NCBI GenBank assembly: GCA_051362555.1 | Contig: CM120649.1 | Coordinates: 9,424,001 to 9,488,000, forward strand | Reading direction: 5' to 3' | DNA: 64,000 nucleotides | From: Lingula anatina | Lineage: Eukaryota; Animalia; Brachiopoda | In this document: positions 26,060 through 37,500 of the stretch, piece after piece | Numbering within the stretch: the first letter of the stretch is position 1 | How the letters are laid out: every line of letters begins with the position of its first letter | The notes under the pieces: generated by a model | What the model saw: only the letters and a program-made list of their open reading frames with translations | What the model was told of the DNA's origin: nothing | The model's database searches: none | Program-made: the position numbers and the translations under genes

Positions 26060-28163
26060 CTAGATCTTGTTAACTTTGTGACTATAGATTTCAGGACAAA
26101 TAAGTTATTGTAAGTGCTATGTCCTTCCATGAAACCAGTTTAGTTGGGTTGAGGGACACTCTGTTGTGAGCATATCTTAATTTTTCAGTCTTGAAAGCAG
26201 AATAGAATTATATAGTTTTCCTACACAACTTGATATAGAGATACTAATACGGTAATTGTCTACATTACTGGGATCACCAGATTTATGGATGGGAACAATG
26301 AAACTTGTATTCCATATTTTTGGGTATTGTTTACTCAAAAATACTGCATTGAATAGTTTATGCAGGACTTGTACTACAGTATGATTGCCGTACTCGCTTT
26401 CAACATTTCATTGGTGACTCTATCTTCACACTAAGATTTGCCTGTCCCTAGAGTCTTGATTTGCTTAATTATATAAATATTTCGGCCTGTGTTATTTCAT
26501 GATCTTAACTGTCAAAATTCGCATTTCAGCCTCTTTAACTGGCAACTGAGACTCAAGCATTTGTTTTAAGTTGTCGTCGTATTTGCCTAAATCAGCACTT
26601 CTGCTGAGTTTTTTTAAATGTTCAAAAAAATTTAGCGGATCAACATGCTCTGTAGAATTTGAGTTATTTTTACTAGTGTTTAGATCTTGTACAGTTTGCC
26701 AAAAAGCCTTTGGATCTTTCCCTTCCATATTTTGAAGTTTTTCATGGAGGCCCGCCTTGTATTCATAAGAGGCTTTTTTGTAAGCTCTTTTGTATTTATT
26801 TAGGGATTTATAAAAAGTCCCCACCACAACTGGGTCATTTGGGTATTTACTTCTAGATTTTGCTGAAGTTTTTAGTTCTTGTTTCATTTCTAGCAGAGAT
26901 CTTGTGTACCACACTTTTTATGTACAGACACAGATGTGTCTGTACATATAGCAGGTGACCTGCGTCTGTCGTCGCCGTCGCCGTAGGCCGTCACCGTGCA
27001 CTCAGCGATAACACGATAAGTGGAATACCGTTTTACATTTTATATTCAAATTTACAGAACTGATGAATATTCATAATACGCAGGTCAAGTTCGAAAATCA
27101 GCATGATTGGGCCATTTTTAGGGAAGTTATGCTGTTTTTTTCACTTTTTTTAGCATTATTATAACACCGATAACATGATAAGTGAAAAACCTTTTTACTT
27201 TTTGGCTTGAAACTTATAAAACTGATGAATATTCATAATATGCAGGTCAAGTTCGAAAATCAGAGCTATCGGGTCAATTTTATGGAAGTAATGCTGTTTT
27301 TTCACTTTTTTCAGCATATATGCAACACCGATAACACAATAAGTGGAAAACCGTTTTACCTTTTGGCTTGAAACTTACAGAACTGATGAATATTCATAAT
27401 ACATTCATAATACACATTTTACTTTCATCCTAATCCACTGTTATGCAGAATTCGAATTTGATGTTGGCTATGCAGTTACAGTAAGCATAATACATTAGTG
27501 CATCAGAATTGACAGTATCCTATTTCCTGCGTTTTTATTTTCTGGTTTTTGTCTGTACATTTGACAGCTTTCCTGCCTTGTTTTCTTACTGGTCGTTTCT
27601 TTTTCAATTGCCTAATGCAACATAGTGATTTGTCTGCTGCAGATTTCATTATGGTGTTAAATCTAGTTACTAACTTTTCAGGGTTACTGGTTTCATAAAA
27701 ATTTGAGATCAGTTGTTGGCTTTGTGTACCACACTTTTTTTTCTAACTGGTCGTTTCTTTTTCAATTGCCTAATGCAACATAGTGATTTGTCATAGTGAT
27801 TTGTCTGCTGCAGATTTCATTATGGTGTTAAATCTAGTTACTAACTTTTCAGGGTTACTGGTTTCATAAAATTATGAGATCAGTTGTTGGCTTTCTACGC
27901 TGGAGAGAGCACTTAAAAATTTTTCACCTGAGTCTTTTGACCACCTATATTTTGATGGCACAGGATGTACATTGCTTGCATGTGAATTTTTCTGGGTAAT
28001 ATGACAGGGTAAGATGTATTGAAGTAGGCAATGATCTGAGTAGGAGGTCAGGTCCTCTACTTTAAAGAACAAAGAACAAAATACTTCTAGCGATTTCAGA
28101 GCTACACACCACATAATCTACTGTGCCGCACCCATTAGGCTGATAACTAGTATACCTTCCGAC
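26060..28163 (-). mobile_element. Decayed RTEX-like LINE ORF2 fragment (downstream part), host of the HINE and Gypsy insertions
   Basis: GRYTSYQPNGCGTVDYVVC, SDHCLL, KAFWQTV, WNTSFIVPIHKSGDPSNVDNYR and NNLFVLKSIVTK are collinear with the ORF2 at 34521-38078, with stops and frameshifts. Confidence 0.88.
26917..27582 (+). mobile_element. Short internally deleted HINE copy
   Basis: Intact head and tail, about 2.5 monomers. Empty site visible in the duplicate at 27722-27760. Confidence 0.85.
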
Positions 28164-28277
28164 TAAATAAGTACACTGCACTATTTGTCGTTAAGCGTTT
28201 ATTGGTCCAACTTGACAATGATCGCTATCTGAAACAGAAGGTAAATTACATAAGTCTACATAAATAATTATCCTATA
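28164..28277 (-). repeat. 3' LTR (114 bp)
   Basis: Identical by eye to 33235-33348; preceded on the element strand by the polypurine tract. Confidence 0.95.
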
Positions 28278-28286
28278 TCTCCCCCC
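28278..28286 (-). promoter_or_regulatory. Polypurine tract (PPT)
   Basis: GGGGGGAGA on the - strand directly abutting the 3' LTR. Confidence 0.85.
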
Positions 28287-28463
28287 AAGTCTTTAGGTTC
28301 ACTGATAACCAAAGTCAGTAGAAAGACTGAAATGTTTCAATGATCCGTGAGAGGGCACTAGTGTATGAAAACAAGTAAACTACAAAGTAACAGTTAAACT
28401 GAATATGCAAACGACAACAGGAACAGCAAACATTGGTGTGCAACTACACAGGAGTTCAAATGT

Positions 28464-31400
28464 TTATGACAGTTCATAGTCTTTTTGCCAAGCTGGGGGT
28501 CGAGTGGCACGAGTGGAGCGTCTAGGTTGTTCCATGGTAAGAGGCTGGGACATTCCAGGTTGACTATCCACTATCCTGGGGCGTGGAGGAGTACAAACAC
28601 GTGTGCTCACACTGACTGGCCTAGGTGGAGATGCATTCCCCAAAGGTAAAAGACGGCGCTTTGGGGTGACGGTCTCTTTGGATGGCGTATCTGTGGCGGG
28701 TGAGGGTGTGTTGAACAGTTGAGGTATGGGTGGTGCAGTCAATGATGGCGGGGTTTCACACTGCGTTTGTGTGTCATGAGAGTGTGGGGTAGCCTTGGCC
28801 TTAGGTGTTGCAGGTAGGCCAGGGATTTCTTCCTTGCGTTCCTCCTGATCAGTGGCAACCTTGGCAGGGAGTGTTGGAGGAGAGCCAGGGATTTCCTTCC
28901 TTGTCTCCTGAGCAGCTGCAAGTTTGGCAAGTGGTGGGGTAACATGCGGAAGCTGAAGATCACGGTCTATGGTCTGGATAGGTGTGGGTTGCAGGACAGG
29001 AGGGTAACGCCGGAGGAATTTCCTGTTCCGTAATGTGACTCGTCCCGAGCCATCTACTCTCACAACATATTGATCGAACTGCCGTACTTCAACCACGGTC
29101 CCAGTCTTGTCCCATTTCAGGGGGTGAGGGCCTGTCTGATTCTGGATTCGGACACGATCCCCTACTGCAAGGGGTGCAAGTCTCTTGGTGTGCTCCGTAA
29201 GGCGTTCTACCATCTTCATATGGCGATTTCTGAGCGCTTCCTCCCTAGCCTTAAGGGTCTCTTGCCAAGTGGTGTGTGGTTTATATCTTCCTGGTGGAAT
29301 GGGGATGAAATCACAGATGGGGTGCCCAAAGACGCACATTGCCGGTGAGAGTTTGGTGTCTCTGTCCGGGGTGTTCCTGTACTGAAGCATAGCACGCTGA
29401 AAGCTGTCCGTGTCCAGGTCACTATTAGGGCTGGTATTGTCTGTGATGAGGCGTTTTACTGTTTTAACCCCAACTTCAGCACGGCAGTTACTATGGGGAA
29501 AGGCTACTGATGACATACGATGATGTACCCCCCAATCAGAAAGAAACTTCTTGGTGGCAGTTGATGTGAACTCCGGTCCCCCATCTGAGGATAGCTCATC
29601 GGCTATGCCAAAGGTGACAAAGGTCCGTCGAAGAGAAGCTATCAGGCCAGCCGCTCCTTGGGATGCTCTCTCCACAATCGGCCAGTTGGAATACCGATCA
29701 ACAATGACAAGATAGGTTATCATAGAGGAGATCCCCTGATGGGCACTGTGCAATGTAGAGAGGACGTCTTGCCTTAATGCAGGTGGGATGACTACACGGT
29801 CTCTATACAACACAACTCCGTCGATTGTGCTGAGGTCCTCCTTGAACTGATAATACTCGCGAAGCTTGAGGGGGAACTCTTGGCGGCTCTCTGGCAGACC
29901 TGAGGTTATTAAGTCTACTAGCATAGCCATATCTGCATCACTTGTGGTTGCTGTGCGTACTCTGTCCCAGGTCACTGATTTCAAGGTGATGGATGCCAGA
30001 GAAGATGTAAGTGCAGAGATCATGTTTTCCTCCATGGGGATGTGATTGGGGGCAGGGGATCGGATTTGAGACAGAGGGTGATGTTGGCTGACAGTAGCAA
30101 CGTCATCAGGGAGTGGGAGCTTATCTGGATCTCCTGTGGGATGACGAGATACGCAATCTTCAGCAAGGTGTTTGACCCCACGTATATGTACCATCTGGAA
30201 ACGGTATCTGAGGGTCTTCTCCTTCAAATTGCTTAGGCCGGGGTTGTTGATATCATCAAGGGACCTGCCGCTAAAGACCTTCAGTAATGGCTTGTGGTCA
30301 ACTGCAATGATGAGGTCATGACATCCAAGGACAAAGTACCTTGTCTTGTTCAGAGCATCAGCAACAGCTAGGGCTTCACCCTCGATGGGGGCATATCGCG
30401 ATTCAGCAGAGTGGGTGAAACGGCTGCCTACAAGAGTAATCTTCCATCCAGATGGGCAGCAGAATGGTCGGATAGGCTGGCAAGAGCAATGCTTCTGTAG
30501 GAGCCAGAACTCAATTCCATTTTTGGACCAGTCAGTTGCAAGGCATGTGGGCCTGGACTTGTCAAATATTCGGACCCCCTCTTCAATTTCCTTGGAGATG
30601 ACAGCCTTGGATTCTTCGAAGAGACTGTTGAGATCCTCGTCCCATCTGAAGGGGGTTCCAGGTTGAAGAAGACATCTAAAGGGAAGCATTTTGTCTGCCA
30701 TGCTGAAGGCATATGATACCTGGTTGACCAAACCAAACCATGATCGCACATCAGTAATGTTTCGAGGGGTGGGAAAGTCCAAGATGGCCTGAAGGTACTT
30801 GGAACTGGGCTTGACACTGTCCAGGGTAATGTCAAATCCTGCAAATTCCACCTCATCTTGTGCGAAGACAAATTTCTCTGGGTTCAGGGTGATGCCATGT
30901 CTACCACAGATGTCTAACCACTCCACGGCTTTGAAGAAATTCCCCTCTATTGAGCTGGACCAAAGTAGGACATCATCGACACATTTGGTTTTGTTGGTGA
31001 TGTGCGAGACAATTTCGTCATATCTCCTGGTGTACCCATCACCTGAAGCAATGTACCCTTGGGGAGCAACCTTGTATCGGTATCTGCCCCAGGGTGTGAT
31101 AAACGTTGTAAGATGGCGATCCTCCTCACGAATGGGTACACTGTGATATCCATTCCAAGCATCCAGAACTGTCTTTTTCTTGCCTTGGGGCACAGCCCTG
31201 GCTTGGTGAAAAGGAGAAGGGGTGTGGTGGGTCTCTCGTGTAGCATGTGCATTCAGAGCCTGTAGATCAACTGTGCGGCGTAGCCTGCCATTGTTCTTCG
31301 CACATACAACCATGCGGTGGCACCAGGTGACTGGCTCACCAATTGGGACTGGTTCGATGACCCCTAGTCTGACATCTTGGTCAAGTCCTGCTTTCACTTC

Positions 31401-33209
31401 TTCCTGCCAGTGAAGTGGGACTGGTATTGGAGTGTGATAGGCTACTGGTGCAGCAGAAGGGTCTACCATCAATTTCATTGGCGGGCTGTCCATAAGGGGC
31501 AAGGGCTGATGATCACATGTATTAAACGTACTGGACCTGTAATAGTCCAGAAGGTATTCCTTCAGTCGCCCACGATTCTGTTCTGTCGCAGGGAAAGGCA
31601 GCTTCGTTGGAGGCGGGGGAGGTGGTTGACATTTGGGGCAAGTGCATGTGTGTTGGGCATCAGCGCCACGTGCTGTAAGGGTAATGTCAGGGAACACGGA
31701 AGCACACTGCGACATGTGATATGCACCCACAGTCGGGAAGGTCTTTGGTATGATGCCAAGTGCAATACATGCCTCCCTGCTGATAAAGAGCTTGTCAGAG
31801 CTGTCGGTGACATAAGTCATCTGTCTTGTTTCCACCAGTTTGCCAGATGGGCCCTTCCCAGCATAGTGAAGTATAGTTTCTCCAAGAATGTTGATGCCAT
31901 TGTTGACAGCAGTGTGCATCTTCATAGTGACTGGGATCAGGTCCTGCCGCTTCAGGCCTAGACGTTGGATTACCTTAATGCCAGCAAGGCAGCTCTGACA
32001 ACCAGTGTCAGCCATTGATGGATGTTCTATTGGTGTGGCTGAGGATAGAAGGCTGAAGCCTAGCTCTCTGTAATCATCTGCACAGACCGTGATTCTGAGG
32101 TTGACGAACGGTTGTGGTTTGGAAGCTCTTCGCACCCACGTGTCATTCAATTGATCATAGATATGATGATCTAAAGCAATGGCCCTGCCTTTTGTATGTT
32201 GTGTTGTGATGGTGACAGAGCAGAGCGATTCAAAGACGGTGCCTTCACAGTCATCTGCCTCATGACAGGAAGTAGTCTTCTGGCTCGGCTTGGGTTTGTC
32301 TTTGCTACGGCACACTATTTCAAGGTGGTGGTATCGTGTGCAGGTCTGGCATTTGTGCCCAAAGGCAGGGCAATCTCTCTTATGAATGCGTAGAGGAGCA
32401 GCCTTGCCATGGCCAGTTTTCCCGCAGTAGCCACAGGGGTCCTGGGGTGGTTTTTCGGCAGGGGTGGGGGTCTCTTTTTTCTTGCGACGGTAAGTGCTAC
32501 CGATGGCCTCAGCTGCTTGGGATTCTTGTAAGCGTGATGCGGAGCGCTTCCCTGCTTCTTTTGCTTCCACAAATTGGAGGACTTCCTCCAATGTCATGTC
32601 CTGGTTCTTATCCCCTAAAAGGTCTATTTGGATCTCAGAGTCTGCTAGTCCACGGGTTAGAACATCACGGGTCATCTCCTCTATGTAGCTTACAGCAGTG
32701 TTGCAACTGGGGCATGAGACAGAAAATTTGCATACTCCTGCCTGGCCTTTTAGACAGGCTCCATAGTTGCGGACAGGTTCATCTCTGTCTTGGCGCATGT
32801 TCTGTAGTGTCACTCTAGCCACCATTGTGTTCTCTGTGCGTACAGCTAATGCTTTGATTGCGGCCATCACCTCATCAACGGATTTGTTTGCAAGGCTTCC
32901 ACCTGCTGTCCTAGTTAGGTCTTTTCGCAAGGGGTCATCACAACATTCCAGCAATTGGATAACCCTGTCTTTGCCAGCTATCTTTGTTGCATCGGCATAT
33001 TCTGTCCATCTGGACTGAAAGTATGACCACTCTTCACTGGTACCGCAGGCTGATATTGTGGGCTGCTTGACTTTCTCCACTTTGGCTGCAGTAACAGGAG
33101 CGTTGGTATGAACAGAGCTGCGTGTGGTGAGTAGGGCTGCTACGATAGTGGCATCAAGGTCATCTGTGGTGTAGTCACAGCCTTCTATTGGGCACTGGAC
33201 CGCCGGCAT
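28464..33209 (-). CDS. Single-ORF Gag-Pol polyprotein (Gag with two CCHC knuckles, protease, RT, RNase H, internally deleted integrase)
   Basis: CGYCGKTGH...[21 protein letters not shown]; ADTGCQS; [20 protein letters not shown]; [19 protein letters not shown]; HSAHQG, SDGGPEF, AEVGVK. Order PR-RT-RH-IN indicates Ty3/Gypsy. Confidence 0.96.
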   Translation of the reverse strand: MPAVQCPIEGCDYTTDDLDATIVAALLTTRSSVHTNAPVTAAKVEKVKQPTISACGTSEEWSYFQSRWTEYADATKIAGKDRVIQLLECCDDPLRKDLTRTAGGSLANKSVDEVMAAIKALAVRTENTMVARVTLQNMRQDRDEPVRNYGACLKGQAGVCKFSVSCPSCNTAVSYIEEMTRDVLTRGLADSEIQIDLLGDKNQDMTLEEVLQFVEAKEAGKRSASRLQESQAAEAIGSTYRRKKKETPTPAEKPPQDPCGYCGKTGHGKAAPLRIHKRDCPAFGHKCQTCTRYHHLEIVCRSKDKPKPSQKTTSCHEADDCEGTVFESLCSVTITTQHTKGRAIALDHHIYDQLNDTWVRRASKPQPFVNLRITVCADDYRELGFSLLSSATPIEHPSMADTGCQSCLAGIKVIQRLGLKRQDLIPVTMKMHTAVNNGINILGETILHYAGKGPSGKLVETRQMTYVTDSSDKLFISREACIALGIIPKTFPTVGAYHMSQCASVFPDITLTARGADAQHTCTCPKCQPPPPPPTKLPFPATEQNRGRLKEYLLDYYRSSTFNTCDHQPLPLMDSPPMKLMVDPSAAPVAYHTPIPVPLHWQEEVKAGLDQDVRLGVIEPVPIGEPVTWCHRMVVCAKNNGRLRRTVDLQALNAHATRETHHTPSPFHQARAVPQGKKKTVLDAWNGYHSVPIREEDRHLTTFITPWGRYRYKVAPQGYIASGDGYTRRYDEIVSHITNKTKCVDDVLLWSSSIEGNFFKAVEWLDICGRHGITLNPEKFVFAQDEVEFAGFDITLDSVKPSSKYLQAILDFPTPRNITDVRSWFGLVNQVSYAFSMADKMLPFRCLLQPGTPFRWDEDLNSLFEESKAVISKEIEEGVRIFDKSRPTCLATDWSKNGIEFWLLQKHCSCQPIRPFCCPSGWKITLVGSRFTHSAESRYAPIEGEALAVADALNKTRYFVLGCHDLIIAVDHKPLLKVFSGRSLDDINNPGLSNLKEKTLRYRFQMVHIRGVKHLAEDCVSRHPTGDPDKLPLPDDVATVSQHHPLSQIRSPAPNHIPMEENMISALTSSLASITLKSVTWDRVRTATTSDADMAMLVDLITSGLPESRQEFPLKLREYYQFKEDLSTIDGVVLYRDRVVIPPALRQDVLSTLHSAHQGISSMITYLVIVDRYSNWPIVERASQGAAGLIASLRRTFVTFGIADELSSDGGPEFTSTATKKFLSDWGVHHRMSSVAFPHSNCRAEVGVKTVKRLITDNTSPNSDLDTDSFQRAMLQYRNTPDRDTKLSPAMCVFGHPICDFIPIPPGRYKPHTTWQETLKAREEALRNRHMKMVERLTEHTKRLAPLAVGDRVRIQNQTGPHPLKWDKTGTVVEVRQFDQYVVRVDGSGRVTLRNRKFLRRYPPVLQPTPIQTIDRDLQLPHVTPPLAKLAAAQETRKEIPGSPPTLPAKVATDQEERKEEIPGLPATPKAKATPHSHDTQTQCETPPSLTAPPIPQLFNTPSPATDTPSKETVTPKRRLLPLGNASPPRPVSVSTRVCTPPRPRIVDSQPGMSQPLTMEQPRRSTRATRPPAWQKDYELS

Positions 33210-33223
33210 GTTGCCAGGTATGG

Positions 33224-33234
33224 GATAGCGATCA
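33224..33234 (-). promoter_or_regulatory. Primer-binding-site position, complementary to the element's own LTR
   Basis: TGATCGCTATC immediately 3' of the 5' LTR on the - strand; its reverse complement lies at 33290-33300 inside the LTR. Confidence 0.75.
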
Positions 33235-33348
33235 TAAATAAGTACACTGCACTATTTGTCGTTAAGCGTTTATTGGTCCAACTTGACAATGATCGCTATC
33301 TGAAACAGAAGGTAAATTACATAAGTCTACATAAATAATTATCCTATA
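33235..33348 (-). repeat. 5' LTR (114 bp)
   Basis: On the element strand TATAGG...CTTATTTA, containing TATTTAT, TCAGAT (Inr-like) and AATAAA. Confidence 0.95.
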
Positions 33349-33600
33349 CCGACCAGATATCCAATTTTTGTTCCATTTAAAATTCTCACACTGCATAAGT
33401 CCAGGAGTTTCTTACCAAAATTGTTCACCTTGTGAGAGTCCATATTGTTTCTAAAACCTGGTAAATCACAGGAATAAAACCCATTAGCTATGGGTATATG
33501 ATTTACAGAGTCCTCCTGCACAAAGAACTGTTGGCAACTTGAGTTATTTCATCGTGGAGAGAGTCAAACATGTCTACATTGGTGCGTACACAGTAAGTCA
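33349..33600 (-). mobile_element. Upstream (endonuclease) part of the decayed LINE split by the Gypsy element
   Basis: RNNMDSHKVNNFGKKLLDLC...RILNGTKIGYLVG parallels RNSMDSQKSNAFGGKLLELC...RILNGRKLGDLLG in the intact ORF2. Confidence 0.85.
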
Positions 33601-34520
33601 AGGGCAATATAACTTTAACAACATCTAATAGAAAAATGCCTAATCAACCCTTTAAACTCATTCACTAAATCATAACTTTTGCAATGCCATGCCTGTCATT
33701 TAAAAAGATTATTATCAGGATGTATCAAAAACAGTCATGAAATCAAGGGTTGTGGTAAATTAAACATGGCTCCTACTAGTATAATCTTGAGTTTGCTAGT
33801 TAATTTTCACAAAAAGATAAAAACACAGTATATAATGTATTTTTACTATTTTTATGATGATATTCACTAACTTTTTTTTCTTCTATTATATTGAAAGTCA
33901 ATCTTATCTAGTCAAGTTTTTATCTTGCTTATAGTCATATTTTACTTGACCTTGGCTTCATGCTCAATCACACTTTAAGCCTAAGGTTTAACAGTCAACT
34001 GTTAGAGAATGCCCTACTCCACCAACCACAGATTCAACAAGTGTGAATGTCTTTTGTTAGCCTGGCACCTAACATTAAATAAGTTATAATTTATAATTCA
34101 ATTCAATTCAATTTATTTCTGTACTGGTACATAGACTGTCATGACCTTGTACAATATGATATACTAATGACGATACAATACAGTTAGTGCATTACCATCT
34201 TTATATAATGGACATACGTATCAGTAAAATTACTCATAAAATATTCTATCTAAGCAATGCGATAAACCTTGGTGTGATTTTAAATTTACCATAAACATAC
34301 TATAAACATGTTACACAAAAAGAATATGTTTAAACTTAAACCAAGGTTACATAGCTGTTTAAAGCCAGTTTGATGACATGGATAATTACGACTAATGACA
34401 ATTACATAAGACAGATAAGTAAATAAGTTACACAGATATAAATATTGTGCCATGTTCAGTCCCACTGCCGAGTCACTTCTCACAACAGTGGGACCATACA
34501 CTGACATTTTAAGGGATATG

Positions 34521-37500
34521 CTAAGAGTTACCAAGCAGAGCAACTACTTCACTTCTTTTCTTGAATGATTTGATTATAAAGTTGGAGAGGGACACTAGAG
34601 TATCTTTTTTGGCACTGTTAAATACATGGCATAAATGACTGTCTGGTGACCTGGGATCAGCTTTTAGGATTGAGGTTTTACTTAAAAAGGTGACTCTGTC
34701 TGTTTTGTACATTGGGCATTGGAATATAAAATGGTATTCATCTTCAATTACCCCTTGGGTGCACAGGCGACAGATTCTGTCGCACCTTTCAGTTTTTGGC
34801 CTGGTGTGCCGCCCAGTTTCGATGTGGAGTTTATGGTCACTAAGACGTAGTTTAGCAAGGGTTGACAAGGTGTCATAATTTGTTATTTTATCAACATAAG
34901 TTGCCCTTTCACACTTTTGGTTAAGTATACGGAAGAGAGACAATTTACTGTTGGCTTGAAGTTTGCTATTGCACATTTGGGTAAAGTGGTCAGTTTGTCT
35001 TTGTTTGAAAATTGTGGTGAAGTTTTTTGGAGGTGACTGGCTAAGCCACACATCTCCAAGGCCAAATGTGAAAAGGATTTTTCGGATACCCTCAGACCAT
35101 GACATACAAGCTGGCCTGAGTGTGTGGACTGCGGGTGGGACATAAGGTGTCAGCAACTTGTAACTATTTATCTCTTGTATGTATGCTTGTTTCATTAGTG
35201 TAGCATCAGACAATTGAATAATTTTACACCATAGTTGGACAGATGCAAACTGTATTTTGGTATAGAGGGGAAGGCGGCCAAGTTCAGTGTATACACCATT
35301 GTTTGATACATTTTGATGGAGGCCAAGGATTTGTTTGCAAAATTTTAAGTGCAACTTTTCTGTAGGGCAGTTATCCGTTGACACAGAGTAGCCCCATATC
35401 TCTGAGCAATATGTAAGGATTGGGGAAATGAGGGTATCAAATAATTTCTCTTTTAAGGATATGTTAACATTACTCTGAAGTGGAAGAGACTTTGACAGAC
35501 TGAAGAATGCCTTTGTAGCACGTTGTAGGAGATTACTTTGGGTTTCTGTAAAGCTTCCTGATCGATTTAGAAGGAGACCTAGATACATGTATTTGTTGAC
35601 CTCTTGGATTGGTTTTCCATAAAGAAAAAATTTTTCACTGTGAGCTTTTGATTTTGAGTTGAAAATAACTATTTTAGTTTTGGTGACATTTACAGTCATT
35701 CTCCACTTGTTACAGAAATTTTCTACAATTTCCAAACTTTGCCTTAGCCCTTTGGGGGTCTTGGACATAAGGATGAGGTCATCAGCATAGAGTAAACCTT
35801 GTATTGGTATTCCATTTATATCTGGACTTGCAGCACTTTCGCCATCAATTGATCTAAGAAGGTCATCAATAAAAATATTAAAAAGAAATGGGCTCAATGT
35901 GTCACCTTGTTTTACGCCTAGTGTTGTATTAAAGGCCGGGGATATACCACTACTTGTCTTAACACATGCTTGGGAGTTTTCATACATGCTTTTAATGTTT
36001 TTATACATAAGTCCTCTTATTCCTAGAGTACTTAGCTTGAACAGTAGTCCATTCCTCCAAACACTATCGAATGCTTTCGAAAAGTCGATGAAACATGTGT
36101 ATAATTTTTTCTTTCCTTTCATAAATTTTGTAATAATGGACTTAAGTATAAAGATATTATCTGAAGTGCCATGACCATGTTTAAACCCAGTTTGATGAGG
36201 TAGGGGTACCCCTTGTTGTGATGTGTGTGCTTGAATTCTGTTTAACAAGACCTAGTTGTACAGCTTTCCGAGGCAGCTTGTAATAGATATTCCCCTGTAG
36301 TTGTTAACATTTGATTCGTCACCAGATTTGTGAATAGGGACTATATATGCCTTGTTCCATATTGCTGGGTACTTAGCACTTTTGTATATGATATTGAACA
36401 GTTTTACAATTACATCTATAAGATAATCCTTCCCTGATTTTATCATTTCGTTGGTTACCTTGTCTTCCCCTGTTGATTTGCCATTTTTCAATTTTTTGAT
36501 ATTGCTCATGATCTCATCAGCACTAATGTCATGGTCAAGTGCAGTTCTGTCTGGAGAATTCATTTCTCTTTGCCTTAGTTTGTTTTCTATTTTAAGCTTG
36601 AAGTCTTTATCAAAGTTATGTTTACTTGATTCAGTTTCCTCACAAAGACTTTTAAAATACTCATAAAATTCACTTGGTTCAATAAATTCAGTTTGTGTAG
36701 ACTCCATATTTAAATCTTTAACTGCTTTCCAGAAACATTTGGGATTTGCATTTTCCATGGATTGCAACTTTTGAAGTAGGCCTTTTTTATATTCTTTTTT
36801 TGCTTTCTTACATCCTCTCTTATAACGATTGAATGTTTGGTAGTATGATGCATTGACTGAATTGTCAAAGGGTTTCTTGCTCCTAAGTTTTGCTAAGTTT
36901 TTTAAGTGGGACCTCAGAGATTTTAAGTCATTGCTGTACCATGTTGCCCTTTTCTTGTTTTTTCGAGGGTGGACTGAGGTGTATTTTCTTGATTTAAGAG
37001 CCTTTTCAGCTGCAGTTGTGAATATTTCATTTACTAAGGGTAATGCCTCTTCAGGGGAGAGAGCTTGTGACATAAAGTAATCAACTTTTTGTTTTGTTTC
37101 CATATGACCCAGGGCCTCAACAAATTTAATATGAGAATTATTTTCCCAAATGAATTTAGTTGGCTTTGGCATCAGCTGAATTGATTTTGTATGTTTGTTG
37201 TAAGTAGTTTTGCAGTACAGTTCAAATTCAAGTAGGGCATGGTCAGAAAATATTGACAGATCATTGACGTGAAAGTATGGGATGTTGCTGTACAGAGTGG
37301 CACTACAGATGACATAATCAACAATGCTGTTACCAGCTGGTTGATAACAAGTATATTTGCCGAGTAGATCACCTAGTTTTCGACCATTTAAGATTCTTAA
37401 ATTGCAATCTTTGCATAACTCTAGCAGCTTTCCACCAAATGCATTAGATTTTTGGGAGTCCATTGAGTTTCTAGGAGGGGGTGGGTTGTATGCATCACTG

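Larger units (their letters stand above)
28164..33348 (-). mobile_element. Ty3/Gypsy LTR retrotransposon (Mag-like), both LTRs present
   Basis: Identical 114-bp direct repeats and a 5-bp TSD CCGAC (28159-28163, 33349-33353). Removing the element restores the LINE frame IGYLVGRYTSYQ. Confidence 0.96.

Noticed and set aside
30975-30990. CVDD instead of YxDD as an inactivating RT mutation
   Set aside because: Both catalytic Asp residues are intact and the first position varies among Gypsy lineages; not evidence of decay on its own.
28739-33018. Many short ORFs overlapping gag-pol
   Set aside because: Antisense or alternate-frame shadows of a GC-richer coding region.
33210-33222. ATACCTGGCA after the PBS resembles the U1 snRNA 5' end
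   Set aside because: Only ~9 nt, in the same sense rather than complementary, with no further U1 similarity.
33900-34094. Possible + strand LINE 3' end tail-to-tail with the RTEX copy (AATAAA then ttataa repeats)
   Set aside because: No coding similarity or second copy in the window to support it.
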